A stretch of DNA of 63,370 bases, the filler included, from Octopus bimaculoides (Eukaryota): assembly GCF_001194135.2 (NCBI RefSeq). It is 5 parts of 5 records of this genome, joined end to end, with 100 filler letters (N's around TTAATTAATTAA, not from the genome) between each part and the next. Parts side by side here need not be neighbours in the genome. Positions count along the whole stretch, not along the records: positions 39,492 to 54,934 come from NC_068995.1; 4 more parts are not named here. The stretch is one strand, 5' to 3'. The position numbers were made by a program, and so were the translations under genes. This document shows, piece by piece, positions 41,235-54,521 of this stretch (its first letter is position 1; each line of letters starts with the position of its first letter). A model generated the notes under the pieces. That model made no database searches. It was not told where the DNA came from and was given only the letters and a program-made list of their open reading frames with translations.

Positions 41235-41670
41235 CAAGGCAGCGAGCTGGCAGGATCGTTAGCACGCTGGGCGAAATGCTTAGCAGTATTTCGTCTGTCT
41301 TTAGGTTCTGAGTTCAAATTCCGACGAGGTCTAGTTTGCCTTTCATCCTTTCGGGGTCGATAAATTAAGCACCAGTTACGCACTGGGGTCGATATAATCA
41401 ACTTAATCCGTTTGTCTGTCCTTGTTTGTCCCCTTTTTGTGTAGCCCCTTGTGGGCAGTAAAGAAATAAGACACGTTAGCACGCATGGCGAAATGCTTAG
41501 TGGTATTTCGTCTGTCTTTACATTCTGAGTTCAAATTCCGCCGAGATTGACTTTGCATTTCATCCTTTCGGGGTTGATCAATTAAGTACCAGTTGTGTAA
41601 AGGGGTCGATCTAATCAACTGGACCCCTCCCCGAAAATTTCGGGCCTTGTGCCTTGAGTAGAAAAGAATT
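41235..41670 (+). mobile_element. Dimeric SINE family D
   Basis: Head+core, then the linker TCCGTTTGTCTGTCCTTG...GGCAGTAAAGAAATAAGA, then a second head+core and tail. Mirror copy at 49800-50220. A monomer lies at 42130-42345 (minus). Confidence 0.8.
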
Positions 41671-43503
41671 TTGTACTTGTCCCACCAAGCATTGATAACA
41701 TTTAGCTTCCAACACCCGCTGGTCTTTTACGAACCTAATGAAGCCGTTCTTCTTCAACACTGCGATAGATATTGATGATGTATTCTTGTGATCACCTCCC
41801 TCCCAATCTAAAGACTCCCAACCTAAAGACTCCTAACCTAAAGATCATTGATTCCATTCATCATCGTGTATACATATTAATCCAACAGAGTGATTATTTT
41901 GACATTATTCCCATTCATAAGCGTCATATCTCAAATGTTCTGTTTTCTTGGAAAGAGAAGAGATCATAATCCTTAAACAATGGATCATAATCCTCATTCA
42001 GTTGGCTAAATAGCTGCAAAGCTCTATAGTATTTACATAAAGCAATGTCGCAATGTCCCCAGTTCCGAGTTGAAAGTTTCTCGCAAAACACGGACCAATG
42101 ATCAAAAGGAATTGTCATATCAGAAATGGTATCGTTTGCAAATTTTTCGCACACGGCCAGCAATTTTAGGGTTTGGAATAAGTTGATTACATCGACCCGA
42201 GTATTCAACTGGTACATATTTTATCGACCTCGACCCTGAGGGATGAAAGGCAAAGTCGACCTCGGAAGAGTTTGAACTCAGAACGTAAAGACGGACGAAA
42301 TGTAACTAAGCATTTTGCCCGGCGTGCTAACGATACTACCAACTCACTACTTTCGTGTCAGAGGTAATATTACATGTGGTACATAAAAGTTCCAGTTGTC
42401 ACTATACACATACTAGAGGCCCCATACTAGTTTCAGAATTTGTTGGCTCATGTTTGGCATTTTACACATTCGGGGTGCAGTTTGAATGTAAAACTCTACT
42501 GTCCCTCTTTAATTTCTCTCATGTCAATTTTTTTCCAACGAAGAATGACACTTTTTGTTGATTTTATTAAATAATAAAAGCAAGTCTTGCTGGCGCAGAC
42601 AAACACACATCTCTTTAAAGTCTGTTTGATCGTATTAGAGCCGTGTATCTCATAGAAAGTGGGTGCTTTTTAAAATTTCAAATAGATGCTGACAAATTGC
42701 CATATTTAATAAAATTAAAATGATTCCAAAATTTCTAAACATCTCCACGATCATAATGAAGTTAGAAGAATTATGTGGATTCAAACAATATTTTGTGTCT
42801 TCATTAATAAATTGTGGGTTAACAAAAAAATGTACTGGGGTTAGTATTTGACAGTTTGCAAGCTTCTGTGGTAGCGACCAAGTTAAATATTATATAATTC
42901 GATATATTTGTGTGTGTATGTGGTGGGGTGAATGTAGAAATACACCACGTAGGATATATCGTAAGCAATTCAAAATTATTTACGAATATATCAATGGCCA
43001 AAACATGCAATCAAAACATTTTTTCATAAATTTATTTTTCCCTCATATCCAGCTTTTCGCCGCGGCTCGTTTAACTGACCTCTTCTTATAAAAAATTCTG
43101 CATGATGTTTGAATTCAGAATTTGAATTGTATAAACAGACGTTGACACTTTATTCCTGTCGGTCGGGACACATGTTAAGCCCCAAGGTATGTTTTTGTGT
43201 GTTAATTTCTATGTACAGGAATGTTCTGAAGAGAAGAATGGATATATTTTTGGTTCCTAACTTCGAAATTGCAAAAGAGGACTAACCTTTTATTTTTATT
43301 TAATTTTTGAATTTCTATATCATGTCGCTCGCCGACAGCTTTTATCATTGTGGAGATATAATATGAATGTTTTTAGTGGGTTTGTAGCGGTTTAGACTGC
43401 TATTTCTGGACATGTAAGGGTTTTTATAACCCTCTCCGTTATAATTGTGATTTATTCACAATTATACACTCTCTCATACACTCTATATATACACATACAT
43501 ACA

Positions 43504-43539
<36 letters not shown>

Positions 43540-43690
43540 TAGATCGGTAGATAGATAGATGTATTGAATGTATATGTATATAGATATTTGTATATGTATA
43601 TATATGTTTAAGTCTCAATCTTAACTCTTTGAGAAAAAATCTTCTCTCCAAATATTATATCTGTATCAAGGAATTTCCAAAACACTCCAA

Positions 43691-43722
<32 letters not shown>

Positions 43723-44329
43723 CCATGAAACCGATAAAAGCTATATGTGTGTGTGTATGTATGTATGTATGTATGTATTTATGCATGTATGTGTGTATAT
43801 ATACATATGTATATTGATATATGTACACAGTTGTTCATGTGTATACGTGTATATGTATATAACTCTATCTCTTAATTTTAGTATTTCAGTTAACAATCTG
43901 TCTAAGCCATAAAAGATTGAACATTGATATTATGTCCTTCTTGCTATTATATCTCATAAGAATCAGCGCTTTTAATTAATTTTCTAGTTAACTATATCTA
44001 CCATCTGGTAAGAACCATACCTCAGAATCGCGCCACAATTGTAACTGCGTCGTATAAGACCTACCTTCCTATTTCAGTTAGCAATTAGTGTTGTCTATTG
44101 GCAAAGGACCCATCATATGTTATTTAACTATTGCTCTAGTCTACAAAGGATCACGCCTTGGGATAATGTCACTACGTTTTACTACTTCTAAGACCTACCT
44201 TCCTATATTACATAACAATTTGTCTCATTTATGAGGGAAGACTATCCAGATCCTCAGATAGATTAGCAGTAGATATATCTTCCTACTTGAGCTAATTTAT
44301 CCAGTATATAAACGAACATACTTCAGAGA

Positions 44330-44755
44330 TCCAATCTTCAATGGATTTTTTTACGTTAATCTTACCAGGAAATCTCGATACCACTACAGCTACAGTTCCA
44401 GATCTTCCTGTTTTCTGGACCAATTTTATTCTCCCGAGGTACAGCGATATCAATTATTTCTCATTACTCTCAAAAGCTTTTTTTTTTTTTTTCGTGATCC
44501 TTTCTTTACAATATACAATAAAACACTTCCAGATCCCTTACTTTCTACATTATAATGATTATATTAGTTGGTGAAATCCCAAAAGATTTTTGAGATGTCA
44601 TTCGATCGACTATTTTATAACTGGAACGCCCAGGATCACACTGTTTCTCCATTGTTTTTTTATAATTCATGCTTTCTTCATAATTCCCACTGGACAATCC
44701 ATGCGACATTATCATGGCTTCTCCTATATTTCTTTTGAGATGACTCACCGTTTTT
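44330..44755 (-). mobile_element. Decayed Dong/R4-type RLE fragment abutting a (CAT)/(TAT)n array
   Basis: Minus strand reads YRRSHDNVAWIVQWEL, KIFWDF, IIDIAVP and RKIWN. The microsatellite at 44815-44910 lies at its 5' side. Confidence 0.65.
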
Positions 44756-44822
44756 ACTTATCAAAAGGAGATACATTCTTACCATTTATTATTCTCTCTA
44801 TTCCCCCCCCCACCATCACCAC

Positions 44823-44870
<48 letters not shown>

Positions 44871-44914
44871 AATTATTATAATATTATTATTAGTAGTAGT
44901 ATTATTATTATTGA

Positions 44915-45222
44915 GGCAGGGTGGTGACAGAATCGTTAGTACGCCGATCAACGTGCTTAGCTGCATTTCGTTTGTCCTTATGTTCTGTGTTCAAATTCCG
45001 CCAGGGTAGATTTTGTTTTTCTCCCTTTCGAGGTCGATTAAATAAGTACCAGCTACACACTGGGATAGATCTAATCGACTTGATCCCTTCCCCCAAACTT
45101 GAGGCCTTGTGCTTCCAGTAGAAAGGATTATTATCATAATCATTATTATCATCATAATTATTATTATTATTATTGTTGTTGTTGTTGTTATTATTATTAA
45201 TATTATTATTATTATTATTATG

Positions 45223-45273
<51 letters not shown>

Positions 45274-46670
45274 GGATAAAATTCTAAGCAGCATTTCTTC
45301 CGACGCTTTATATTCCGTGTTCAAGTTCCGTCGAGTTTGCCTTTGATCGTTTCGTAGATTGATAAAACAACCACCAGTTGAGCATTAGGGGTGGGTTAAG
45401 CGACGAGCTCTACTCCCACAAAATTTCAGTCCTGGTACCTATAGGAGAAATGATTATAGTTAGTATTAAGGTAGCGAGGTAGCAGAATCGTTAGCGCATC
45501 GGATAACAACGCCAAGCAGTATTCCTTTTGGCTCTTAACGTTCTGAGTTCAAATTCCACCAACATCGAATCTTGCCTTTCGTTGTTTCGGGGTTGATAAA
45601 ATAAGTACCAGACAAGTACTGACGTTAATACAATCGACTTACAACCTCTCAAAAGAAAAAAAAAATTGCTCACCCTCTGCCATAATTTGAAACCATTAAG
45701 GGGCGGCGAACTGGCAGAACCGCTAACACGCCGGACAAAATGTTTTGTAACATTTCTTTCGGCCTTAACCATGTGTTCAGATTCTACCGAGGTCGACTTT
45801 GCTTTTCATCTCTTTTTATTTCTAGGGTCGATAAATAAGTGATAATCGAACACTGGGGCGGATATAATCCCCCAGTTCCCTTCGCCAAAATTTTAGGCCT
45901 TGCGCTTATCGTAGAAAGGACTATGAAAGCGGTTAGCTGGCAGAATCGTTAGCACGTCTGACAAAATGCTAAGCAGCATTTCTTTTCAATCTTTATATTC
46001 TGAGTTCAAATTCCGCCGAGGTCGACTTTGCCTTTCATCCCTTTAGGGGTCGATAAATTAAGTAGCAGCTGAGCATTGGTAAAGGTAAAGGTAAAGTTAG
46101 CTTCTCGAGTCATACCGAGGTACAGGGGCCGAATTCCTGGTTTCCATGGTGCCTGAATGCCCCACTTGGACAGGACGCTGTCCCGTCACGGGATTACTCA
46201 GTTGAATGGATAGGAGCAACGTGAAAAGAAGTGTTTTGCTCAAGAACACAACGCGTTGCCCGGTCCAGAACTTGAAACCACAATCTTACGTTCATGAGTC
46301 CCAAACCCTAACCACTAAGCTACGTGCCTTCACAACGTCAAGGATTATTTGGTTTTAAATTTTAGAAGATCAGCAATTTCTGGGAGGGGGAGAAGTCGAT
46401 TACATTGATCCTGGGACCCAACTGGTATGTATTTCCTCGACCCCGAAAGGATGAAAGGCAAAATCGACTTCAGCGGAAATTGAACACAATCGCTTGACAA
46501 CTGATGTCGGCGTGCTTACGTCCCTGTAACTTAGCAGTACGGCAAAAGATACCGATAGGATAAGTACTAGGCTTACAAAGAACAAGTCCTGCGGTTGATT
46601 TGTTCGACTAAAGGTAGTCCTCCAGTATGGCCGCAGTCGAATGACTGAAACAAGTAAAAAAATGAAAGAA
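44915..46670. mobile_element. Dense SINE cluster: family D copies (44920-45125 +, about 45290-45450, 45470-45660 +, 45700-45920 +, 45925-46075 +, 46340-46490 -), family C (46078-46332 -), family A tail (46490-46670 +)
   Basis: Repeated GCAGAATCGTTAGC and GAGGTCGACTTTGC cores. The family C copy begins with AAAGGTAAAGGTAAAG. Confidence 0.8.
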
Positions 46671-46989
46671 AAAGAAAGAATATGACTCTCACAAATATAG
46701 GAAAGTCTGCGAAGGTCGCAGGCATTACCATTTCTACAAAACTGAACATGGGTAAAACAAAAATTCTTACGTTTTTCAAACTGTAGTGTAAGATTGTGTA
46801 TATTGAAAGGTATTTGGCTGCTATTTCTAAAAGGCCTCCCAACCATGTAAAGGCATATTCATGGCTTCGAATGCATAAATACCAGTTATATATCAGAGGA
46901 GGTCAGTTTACCAAACTTATCTCAGATATCGTCATCATCATTAACATCATCAGCATACTTACTCCGACCATCATCGTCATCATCGTCAT

Positions 46990-47041
<52 letters not shown>

Positions 47042-47084
47042 GACATCCTCATTGTCATCATCGTCATCGTCATCGTTGTCGTCG

Positions 47085-47130
<46 letters not shown>

Positions 47131-49319
47131 TACCACCAGCATCGCGGATTACGTCACTTGTTTGCAAGTTCAGTGGTCTCTCTTTCTCTCTCTCTTTCTT
47201 TNNNNNNNNNNNNNNNNNNNNNNNNNNNNNNNNNNNNNNNNNNNNNNNNNNNNNNNNNNNNNNNNNNNNNNNNNNNNNNNNNNNNNNNNNNNNNNNNNNN
47301 NNNNNNNNNNNNNNNNNNNNNNNNNNNNNNNNNNNNNNNNNNNNNNNNNNNNNNNNNNNNNNNNNNNNNNNNNNNNNNNNNNNNNNNNNNNNNNNNNNNN
47401 NNNNNNNNNNNNNNNNNNNNNNNNNNNNNNNNNNNNNNNNNNNNNNNNNNNNNNNNNNNNNNNNNNNNNNNNNNNNNNNNNNNNNNNNNNNNNNNNNNNN
47501 NNNNNNNNNNNNNNNNNNNNNNNNNNNNNNNNNNNNNNNNNNNNNNNNNNNNNNNNNNNNNNNNNNNNNNNNNNNNNNNNNNNNNNNNNNNNNNNNNNNN
47601 NNNNNNNNNNNNNNNNNNNNNNNNNNNNNNNNNNNNNNNNNNNNNNNNNNNNNNNNNNNNNNNNNNNNNNNNNNNNNNNNNNNNNNNNNNNNNNNNNNNN
47701 NNNNNNNTATATATATATATATATGTAATAGTATATCAAATATATATTATATCATATATATTATATATACATACATATATATATATCTGTATGTATATTA
47801 AATGTATACATATTAATACACACCCACATGTATGTATGTATGTATGTATGTATGTATGTATGTATGTATGCATGTATATGTATGTATATGTATGTAGTGA
47901 CATGTGGGTCAGTTACTAACACAAATCCGCTAGTTTTTAAATTTTTTGAGCTTCTTTTTATATAATTGATCTGGCAACATTGCAAGGAAGTTAACGGCGA
48001 CCGGAAATAGTAAAGAGGTTTCTAAAACTGGAGTCAGACACAAGACTGTGTGTGGCGGGAGAAGGGAGTAATCGAGAATTTCATTACAAAGGAAGACAAT
48101 AAACGAACACGCAGGGAGCTGCAATGGCGGACTTCCCAACCGAACAGGAATGAACACATAGACACAACTCTAGTGGCGAATAGATAAACATGAACACACA
48201 TAGCGAAATATATAAGCAATAACACATATTCAGATATGTAAGTGTATGTTGTGCATAAGCATAAGCAGCTATGAAATGATGTCACGAAAAGCACTAAGAT
48301 GGGAGACGGACGTGAAAAAAGACGGTGGGAGAGCGTTTAGAGAAAAGAGAGAGTTTAGAAACGGTGTTGGAGAAGGATCAAAGCGAGTAGAGATCGGTAT
48401 TCAGACTATGAAAGGAAGTAGAGGATGTCAGCTAGGAAATTAGTCGTTGTTCCTTATGTTGTCCTCCAATGTGTTGGAGGATAACGTCTTAGATAGAATA
48501 GTTGTTTGGGGGTGTGGTAAAGTGAAGTATGCACGAAGAAACTTCCCTTTCACAGCGACATCAGATGCTCTTACCGACTCACGTTCTTTCATTTACAATC
48601 CCGCACTCTTCGGTTCTATTATTGTATATATAAAGTTTTCTGCATCCATCACCTACCTCCTCCACCGACTTCCTGACTTCTGTTTTTTCCTCCCCACACT
48701 ATTCCGAGTAAGCTCTATTTAACTTTTTGGCCAGCACCCAACCAACTAGAAAACTACCAAGGTAAATCACATGCCGTGATTACCCGGTCAGAGATTTCCC
48801 CCTTAGTTTTAATTAACCCCTTCTGTGAATGCGCTCTAGACCCTCGCCGGCGTTGACTATTTCACGAGCTGGATCGAGTTAACGTCCTTCTTTCACAGAA
48901 GGTACTTGAGTCACCACCAAAAGCTCATGTGCTGTTTGTTTCACTAGAATTACATATCAAGACAATACAAATAATTGGACAGCACACTTGCCCCGCACAT
49001 ACTGTTTGATAGCAGAATTCATTCTTCTCACACACTCGAAGCTACTAGCTAACCACTTCAACGTACCATCCTCTACCTCACCATTTTTGTTTTTTACACT
49101 TCGGCAAATGTAACCGCCCATTCTTTATGAGTTTGTACTCTCTCCTTCGAAAGGTATTAAAGCATCTGACGTTCACTTATTCCAAAACAAATCCAGTAAA
49201 GAACCTTCGCTCGTTCTGCACACATTTGCCCTGATATCTCCAACCAGTATTTCTATGCAATCTAAAGTTCATTGTCGGCGTATCTTACAATTATGTCGGT
49301 ACTTCCACTATACACTGGT

Positions 49320-50225
49320 TCAGAATTTTAGCACAAGGCCAGCAATTTCGGGGGAGGGGGTTAGTCGATTACCTCGACCTCAGTACTCAACTGGTACTTA
49401 TTTTATCAACCACGAAGGATGAAAGTCAAAGTCGAACTCGGCAGAATTTGAACTCAAAACAGTAAAAGACGAACGAAATGCTATTAAGTATTTTTTTTTT
49501 CTTTTTTGCTCAGCGTGCTAAGAATTCTGCCAGCTCGCAGCTTTTAGCAGTATTATATACATTGCGAAGGCGGCGAGCTGGCAGAATCGTTAGCACGCCG
49601 GGCGAAATGCTTAGCTGTATTTTATCTGTCTTTACGTTCTGATTTCAAATTCCGCCGAGGTCGGCTTTGCATTTCATCCTTTCGGAGTCGATAAACTACG
49701 TACCAGTTACACACTGGGGTCGATTTAATCGACTATCCTCCTCACCAAATTTGAGGCCTTGTGCCTATAGTAGAAAAGAACATTATATTTTCTTTTCTAT
49801 TCTAGGCATAAGGTCCTAAATTTTGGGGGAGGGGGGCAGTCGGTTAGATCGACTCTAGTACGAAACTGGTACTTAATTTATTGACCCAGAAAGAATGAAA
49901 GGCAAAGCCGACCTCGGCGGAATTCGAACTCAGAACGTAAAGACAGACGAAATACCGCTAAGCATTTCGCCCGGCGTGCTAACGTTTCTTATTTCTTTAC
50001 TGCCCACAAGGGGCTAAACATAGAGGGGACAAACAAGGACAGACAAAGGAATTAAGTCGACTATATCGACCTCAGTGCGTAAATGGTACTTAATTTATCG
50101 ATCCCGAAAGGATGAAAGGTGAAGTCCACCTCGGCGGAATTCGAACTCAGAACGTAACGGCAGACGAAATACCGCTAAGCATTTCGCCCGGCGTGCTAGC
50201 GTTTCTGCCAGCTCGCTGCCTTAGT
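49320..50225. mobile_element. Three family D SINEs in alternating orientation (49320-49545 -, 49568-49780 +, 49800-50220 - dimer)
   Basis: Direct reverse-complement matches between neighbours, with CpGs largely intact. Confidence 0.85.
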
Positions 50226-51249
50226 GCATGAGAACTGCAATTATTTGTGCCTAAATGAGAATTATTTACCGTCCAGCTGATCACTTTAAAGACCATCTTC
50301 TCGTTGTTCGAAAAAAAGTATCGGTTACACAAACTCTCATAGCCCCACGATTTCAGTCCACATGTCTACGCCTCTGATTATCTTTACGCCTACAGCGTAC
50401 CTCAAACACCATGATGGATAAAGGGCAAGTCGACAACTTACGGGGCCAATGACCAAATACTCAACCTGAAAACCTCTTCCACCGCCACAGTATAGATATT
50501 CGTCTCCACTTCCTCTAACCATCGTATTCACTCTCACACCATCTTCCCGTTTTCGGTATTTTCCGTCCGACTTCTTCTGTATAGATATTTATATAATTAT
50601 GCACGTTTACATACGTACGTATATGTTACTGAGTGTACGAGTATAATCACGTAGCTTCTGTTTACCATTACAGTTGTGTCTGTGTGTTCGCTTTTGTTCA
50701 GTTTGATGGGGCCTCTAATACAGCAGCCAGCTTACGCTTGCGGCGTTCGTTATTATCTCCCCTTGTACTGAACTCTCCATTACTCACCTACATTTGACTC
50801 CATCTTTACAACAATTGTCCTCGTTCTGCTGATTGATGTCCACCTCTTCTACTGTCACTCAGAAAAAAAAAAAAGAAAAAAATTGCGTCTTTTGGGGAAA
50901 GGACACAATCTTGTTATTTAAATTTATTCAACATTCCATAAATTCTCCTTTTTTTTTCTTTTTCTAAACTCAGAGACGAAATATCTGGGCGCTTCATCAG
51001 GATCTAAATTCAGAACGTAATAACGAGTTCTAATTAATGCAAAGTTGTTTACTTAAAATGCTTTTTATTTATATTTTATCTCAAGCCAAGTGATGTTATT
51101 CTGCCACTTTTTAGCTCAATCCACTGGTAAATTAAGAAAACGACCGCGTTTATGTGAAGTGAGTCAACTATCTCGAGCGCCTGAGGGAAAGGCACAACTG
51201 TAACGATAAATGGAAGCAAATTAAGAATTATATATGTATATGGGGGAGG

Positions 51250-51540
51250 GCGCAGGCATAGTTGTGTGGTAAGAAGCTTACTTCCCAATCACAGGGTTCT
51301 GGGTTCAGTCTCTCCGCGTGGCACCTCAGGCAAGTGTCTTCTACTATAACCTCGGGGAGATCAAAGCATTGTGAAGGGATTTGGTAGACGCTAAATGAAA
51401 GGAGCCCACTGTGTATATGCACGCGCACGCGCGTGTGTATCTGTGCTTGTTTGTTTAACCCTTCACCGTTGTCGGTGTGTTTACGTCCCCGTAACTTAAC
51501 GGTTCGACAATAAAGATCGATATATTCGACTAAAATAGAT
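51250..51540 (+). mobile_element. SINE family A
   Basis: Head GTGTGGTAAGAAGCTTACTTCCCAA...GGGTTCAGTC. Another plus-strand tail half lies at 52520-52760. Confidence 0.78.
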
Positions 51541-51554
51541 AGATCAGTAGCCAC

Positions 51555-51712
51555 TTTTCTATTTTATCTCCCTGTTTGTTTCTGTGTTCCTTTCTGTCGA
51601 AGAGCGTAGGTTCGAAACGTAAAAGACTTTCTCACTTCCCGAGCTAATACACCTGTTTGTCGTTTACACACCCGTGTTCGTCCTTTGTTTTTTTTTGTGT
51701 AAATTCTCACTA
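51555..51712 (+). mobile_element. Unclassified repeat end, possibly Penelope-like
   Basis: Homologous to 5895-6035. Contains GTCGAAGAGCGTAGGTTCGAAACGT. Confidence 0.5.
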
Positions 51713-53255
51713 TATATATATATATATATATATATNNNNNNNNNNNNNNNNNNNNNNNNNNNNNNNNNNNNNNNNNNNNNNNNNNNNNNNNNNNNNNNNN
51801 NNNNNNNNNNNNNNNNNNNNNNNNNNNNNNNNNNNNNNNNNNNNNNNNNNNNNNNNNNNNNNNNNNNNNNNNNNNNNNNNNNNNNNNNNNNNNNNNNNNN
51901 NNNNNNNNNNNNNNNNNNNNNNNNNNNNNNNNNNNNNNNNNNNNNNNNNNNNNNNNNNNNNNNNNNNNNNNNNNNNNNNNNNNNNNNNNNNNNNNNNNNN
52001 NNNNNNNNNNNNNNNNNNNNNNNNNNNNNNNNNNNNNNNNNNNNNNNNNNNNNNNNNNNNNNNNNNNNNNNNNNNNNNNNNNNNNNNNNNNNNNNNNNNN
52101 NNNNNNNNNNNNNNNNNNNNNNNNNNNNNNNNNNNNNNNNNNNNNNNNNNNNNNNNNNNNNNNNNNNNNNNNNNNNNNNNNNNNNNNNNNNNNNNNNNNN
52201 NNNNNNNNNNNNNNNNNNNNNNNNNNNNNNNNNNNNNNNNNNNNNNNNNNNNNNNNNNNNNNNNNNNNNNNNNNNNNNNNNNNNNNNNNNNNNNNNNNNN
52301 NNNNNNNNNNNNNNNNNNNNNNNNNNNNNNNNNNNNNNNNNNNNNNNNNNNNNNNNNNNNNNNNNNNNNNNNNNNNNNNNNNNNNNNNNNNNNNNNNNNN
52401 NNNNNNNNNNNNNNNNNNNNNNNNNNNNNNNNNNNNNNNNNNNNNNNNNNNNNNNNNNNNNNNNNNNNNNNNNNNNNNNNNNNNNNNNNNNNNNNNNNNN
52501 NNNNNNNNNNNNNNNNNAGTCTGTCGTATATATGTATATATATATATGTGTGTGTGTGTTTGTGTGTCTGTGTTTGTCCCCCTAGCATTGCTTGAAAAAC
52601 GATGCTGGTGTGTTTATGTCCCCGTAACTTAGCGGTTCGGCAAAAGAGACCGATAGAATAAGTACTAGGCTTACAAAAAATAAGTCCCGGGGTCGATTTG
52701 CTCGACTAAAGGCGGTGCTCCAGCATGGCCGCAGTCAAATGACTGAAACAGGTAAAAGAATATATATATATATATATGTGTGTGTGTATGTATATATATA
52801 TATATATATATCACACAGATTTACAAGTATATGTTTATATATACATACGTATACATCTAAATTCAAGAATTCTTTTATTATATAATTGTGTATACGAGCA
52901 CATATATAATATACATATATGTGTATGGTATGAGTGTGCATATATAAATATATGTGAGTGTGTGTGTTTGTGTGTGTGTGTGTGTATATATATGTGCATG
53001 TGTGTATGTATGTGCGTGCGTGTGCGTGCATCTACGATTATAACTGCGTACGTATAACTGTTTTTTATCACTTACCTATACTCTAACCGCTGTAGGACAT
53101 TAAAGTATAATGCTTAAGAGGGAAAACCATGCATAGGAAAATTAATGGTCGATCATAAAGTTTGGTTGAGTATACCTATACGCTAACAGTTATATATGTG
53201 TGCTCTTGTGTATATACATATAATGTGTATGGAGTATATATATATATATATATAT

Positions 53256-53290
<35 letters not shown>

Positions 53291-53446
53291 AGTGTTTGTG
53301 CCCCTGGAAGAGGTGTATGTTTATGCGTGTAGATATACATTTATGTATATTGGCATAGTTATGTTTAAATTCATGCTTGTATATGTGCGTACCTCTATGT
53401 GTCTGCGCCTGTATACACACCCACACACATATATATATAATATATG

Positions 53447-53477
<31 letters not shown>

Positions 53478-53851
53478 TATATATTATATGTATATACATA
53501 CATGCATGATGATATGTATATATACTAAAACATATCATTTATGCATATACACTCACATAACGATCATATCTACACAAACTCATCCACGTATATGCATATA
53601 CAGGCATATACATGCATATATATATATATATATATATATGAATATGTATGTATGCATGTAGGTATGCATGCATTTATTTGCATATACATATACATAATTG
53701 ATGTTCGCGTATGCGTTAGTTGAGATTTTAAACAAAAATAAAGGGGAAAAGGGACGAACCAGCCTAGACAATCATAGATAAGTGTTGTGAAAAATAAATT
53801 ACTGTAGAGAGATATATTGGGGACGAGAGGAGGAGGTAGAGAAAGGCAAAA

Positions 53852-53894
<43 letters not shown>

Positions 53895-54119
53895 AATGAG
53901 AGGTGTAATAGAAAGTATGATTCTGAGAGAGTTTCAAAGAACAAGATACAGAGCCAAAAGTAGATAGATTGAGATCGTGAAAGACACAAAGAGCCAGATA
54001 TAGAAGAGAACGACAGAGAGGGTAAGAGAGAAAAAGTGGCAGAGAGAGTAAGAGAGAGAGAGAGAGAAAGAGTGAGTGAGTGACTGTGATAGGAGGAGAA
54101 AGAGATAGCGGGGGCGGGG

Positions 54120-54191
<72 letters not shown>

Positions 54192-54485
54192 AAAGAGAGA
54201 GATGAAAATAAATGGAAATAGTGAAGGACTCAAAGAGTCTGAGGCATAAAGAGAAAGAGAGAGAAAAAGAGAGAGAGGAGGGGTAAAATAGGGACTTCGA
54301 CAGAAAGAGTGAGGGAGAGGGGCAGCGTACGAAACTGAGAGAGAGGTAAAGAGATATGTTCACATAATCAGGGATACAATAATCCAGAGACTTAAAGAGA
54401 TAGAGAGAAGTGAGTGAGGGGGAGAGAGAGAGAGAGAGAGAGAGGGAGCTTATGTTGATGTATCAATACACATATATTTGCCTCT

Positions 54486-54521
<36 letters not shown>

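Noticed and set aside
44915-46490. Regularly recurring motifs as a CRISPR-like array
   Set aside because: They are dispersed SINE copies of about 200 bp with variable spacing in a eukaryotic context, with no cas genes.
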